A stretch of DNA of 64,000 bases from Selaginella moellendorffii (taxonomy: Eukaryota > Plantae > Lycopodiophyta): the NCBI RefSeq assembly GCF_000143415.4, contig NW_003314322.1, positions 497,430 through 561,429 of the forward strand. Reading direction: 5' to 3'. Every line of letters starts with the position of its first letter. The stretch's first letter is position 1. The notes under the pieces are model-generated. The model ran no database searches, was not told the origin of the DNA, and saw only the letters and a list, made by a program, of their open reading frames with translations. The translations under genes and the position numbers were made by a program. Shown here in pieces: positions 62,225 to 64,000 of this stretch.

Positions 62225-62375
62225 CATCCGACCGGTATCCGACCGGGTTGGGCGGTCGGCCGACCGGTCGGAACGGCCGAACGCGGTCGGAACGTCCCGT
62301 TCGGGTGTCGGCCGACCGGACCCGACCGGGGCCGAACGGGTGTTTTTAGATAGCTGATTGAATCGGAGTGGTTTT
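62225..62375. repeat. GC-rich CCGACCG/CGGTCGG palindromic repeat element, copy 2
   Basis: Shares ccgaccggtcggaacggccgaacgcggtcggaa and agctgattgaatc.gagtggtt with 59051-59160. Confidence 0.75.
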
Positions 62376-62986
62376 TCCTAGATAGTAAGCTTTCCACTCC
62401 CGCATTCTCGCGCCTGAAGAGTGTGACGCAAAGAAGTTTTTTTTCAAAGTTTTGGAAGTAACCATAAACAGATTTCATTCAAAATGTGGACTGCAGTGAA
62501 AGTGTGCTGCGTGAGCTCCACGGATATCAACAGCAGATGCTTCAGAGAGTCCACAAGTGTTTCACTTTTTCTGCGCCCTTGGCGTGGTCACTGTTCCTTG
62601 TTAGAAGATTTCGGGTGCTAAAAGTAAAGTCTACTTGGAGCCTCGGGATGGATGGCCACGGATGGTCCATTTTACTTCTGATTGCCCCTGCATCCCCTTG
62701 AAAAGGATAGAAATGTGAGCAAAACTGGCTAGTTTGGATGACCACCGAGCACTTGCCTTTCCGATGAGAATCTCTATACACGTCATATGGATACTTGACT
62801 AGCCAGTTGCGGTGAGTTCGCGTTGTTACCTTGCTCGAACAAGACACGACTCACAACGGCATCAGTGCTTGAAAAGAAGGTACCACTTTTGACTAAAGCC
62901 GATCTCCATTAGTTTCCTACAGTCAAGCAGCATCAGCGTCAAGAAGAAAAACGAAAACACGAAGGAAGAAAAATAGAAAAGAGAAC

Positions 62987-64000
62987 TCATACCTTTTCTT
63001 GCCTGAAACGTCTGCGCTTCTTAAGCTTCAACAATGTAAGAGCATCCACCTCACTCCCATTTATCAGATTTCCTAGCAACACATACGCTGCTTCGTTTGA
63101 TGGATCAGCGTTGAGAGCGTTTTGTCCAGCACGGGTCCCCAAAGCTACACTCTTCCTAGCGCTGCAAGCTCCCAGCAGGCACAGCCAGTCTATCGCATCC
63201 GGAACGTAAGGCATGCTGAGGATCAAGCTTTCAGCCTCCCGCAAGTACCCCGCACGACCAAGAAGATCAGCCATGCAGCTAAAGTGGTGCTTGCCGGCTT
63301 TCACCTCGAAGTCCCTCAGCATCGAGCAGAAGAAACTCCACCCAAGATGAACATCGCCCAGGTGATTGCAGCCGTGAAAGATGGAAGCAAACGAGGAATC
63401 GTTCGGCCTGAGTCCATCCACTGCCATGCTCGCAAAAAGCTCCAAGCTCTTTGCGGAGTTCCCGCATTGTGTGTTTAGAGCCAGCATAGTGTTCCAGGCG
63501 ACCACGTCTCGGACCGGCATCGCTTGGAACAAACCACTGGCGGATTCCAGGCGTCCATTGTGAGCGTAAACCAAAACCATGGTACTCCACGAAACCACGT
63601 CCGGCACCGGGATAGAAGTGAAGAACCACATCGCGTCCTCCAAATGGCCGTTGTGCATGTAGCTGCTGAGCATACAGTTCCACGTAACTAAGTCCTGTTC
63701 CGGCATGAAATCAAACGCGGACTTTGCAGCTTCCAGCTCCCCGCTCTGAGCAAAAGCCGCTAATACGGCGTTCCAGGAGACCAAGTTCTTCTCCGGCATA
63801 GAGTCGAACAGCGCCTTTGAGTCACCCAAGCACCCGTTTTGGACGTAAGCCGCGAGCACTGTGTTCCACGAGACCACGTCCAGTTCCGGCATGAGAGCGA
63901 TGACCTCGAGAGCTGCTTGTAGGTTCCCGGCTTGCGCATAAGCAGCGAGCATCGAGTTCCACGAAACCATATCCTTGTCGGGTGCACCATCAAATAGTGC
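62987..64000 (-). CDS. PLS-class PPR protein with tandem short (S) repeats and E domain; 5' end beyond window
   Basis: Repeated DVVSWNxMLAAYAQxG units, HFSCMADLLGRAG, AAYVLLGN. Confidence 0.92.
   Translation of the reverse strand, partial: ALFDGAPDKDMVSWNSMLAAYAQAGNLQAALEVIALMPELDVVSWNTVLAAYVQNGCLGDSKALFDSMPEKNLVSWNAVLAAFAQSGELEAAKSAFDFMPEQDLVTWNCMLSSYMHNGHLEDAMWFFTSIPVPDVVSWSTMVLVYAHNGRLESASGLFQAMPVRDVVAWNTMLALNTQCGNSAKSLELFASMAVDGLRPNDSSFASIFHGCNHLGDVHLGWSFFCSMLRDFEVKAGKHHFSCMADLLGRAGYLREAESLILSMPYVPDAIDWLCLLGACSARKSVALGTRAGQNALNADPSNEAAYVLLGNLINGSEVDALTLLKLKKRRRFRQEKV

Noticed and set aside
62021-62860. Short ORFs flanking the second GC palindrome
   Set aside because: No identifiable protein motifs; probably decayed sequence.

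Overview
A very gene-dense, intron-rich eukaryotic nuclear segment from a non-seed land plant. The short ~45-90 nt introns, tiny intergenic gaps, a flagellar IFT74 gene and several intronless PLS-class PPR genes all point to a lycophyte such as Selaginella (inference). Positions 1-36 kb hold conserved housekeeping genes: ATG3, a beta-propeller glycoside hydrolase, PEX14, IFT74, class III peroxidase, POLD4, bark-storage/nucleosidase protein, kinesin-7 with RING, GT47, amidase, a Gly-rich wall protein, HLB1, PHO1, mini-RNase III, SNRNP25-like, PAAT-like and TPST. Positions 36-64 kb are a more labile accessory region. It contains a membrane-anchored PhyH-like/bicupin protein lacking the iron ligands, and a dispersed cluster of four related small secreted-peptide precursor genes with a C-terminal (Y)xxFRP...PPxGxNP motif. 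The ORF track shows only one of these four completely. They are interleaved with tRNA-Arg genes, a P450 pseudogene and ClpR2. Further along are two head-to-head PPR genes separated by an orphan ORF and a ~3.8 kb AT-rich island flanked by a diverged direct repeat, a decayed Crinkler/RHS-type NTPase-REase gene, and a duplicated aldo-keto reductase array containing an internal exon inversion. Exon boundaries were read by eye; family calls rest on recognised motifs, not database searches.
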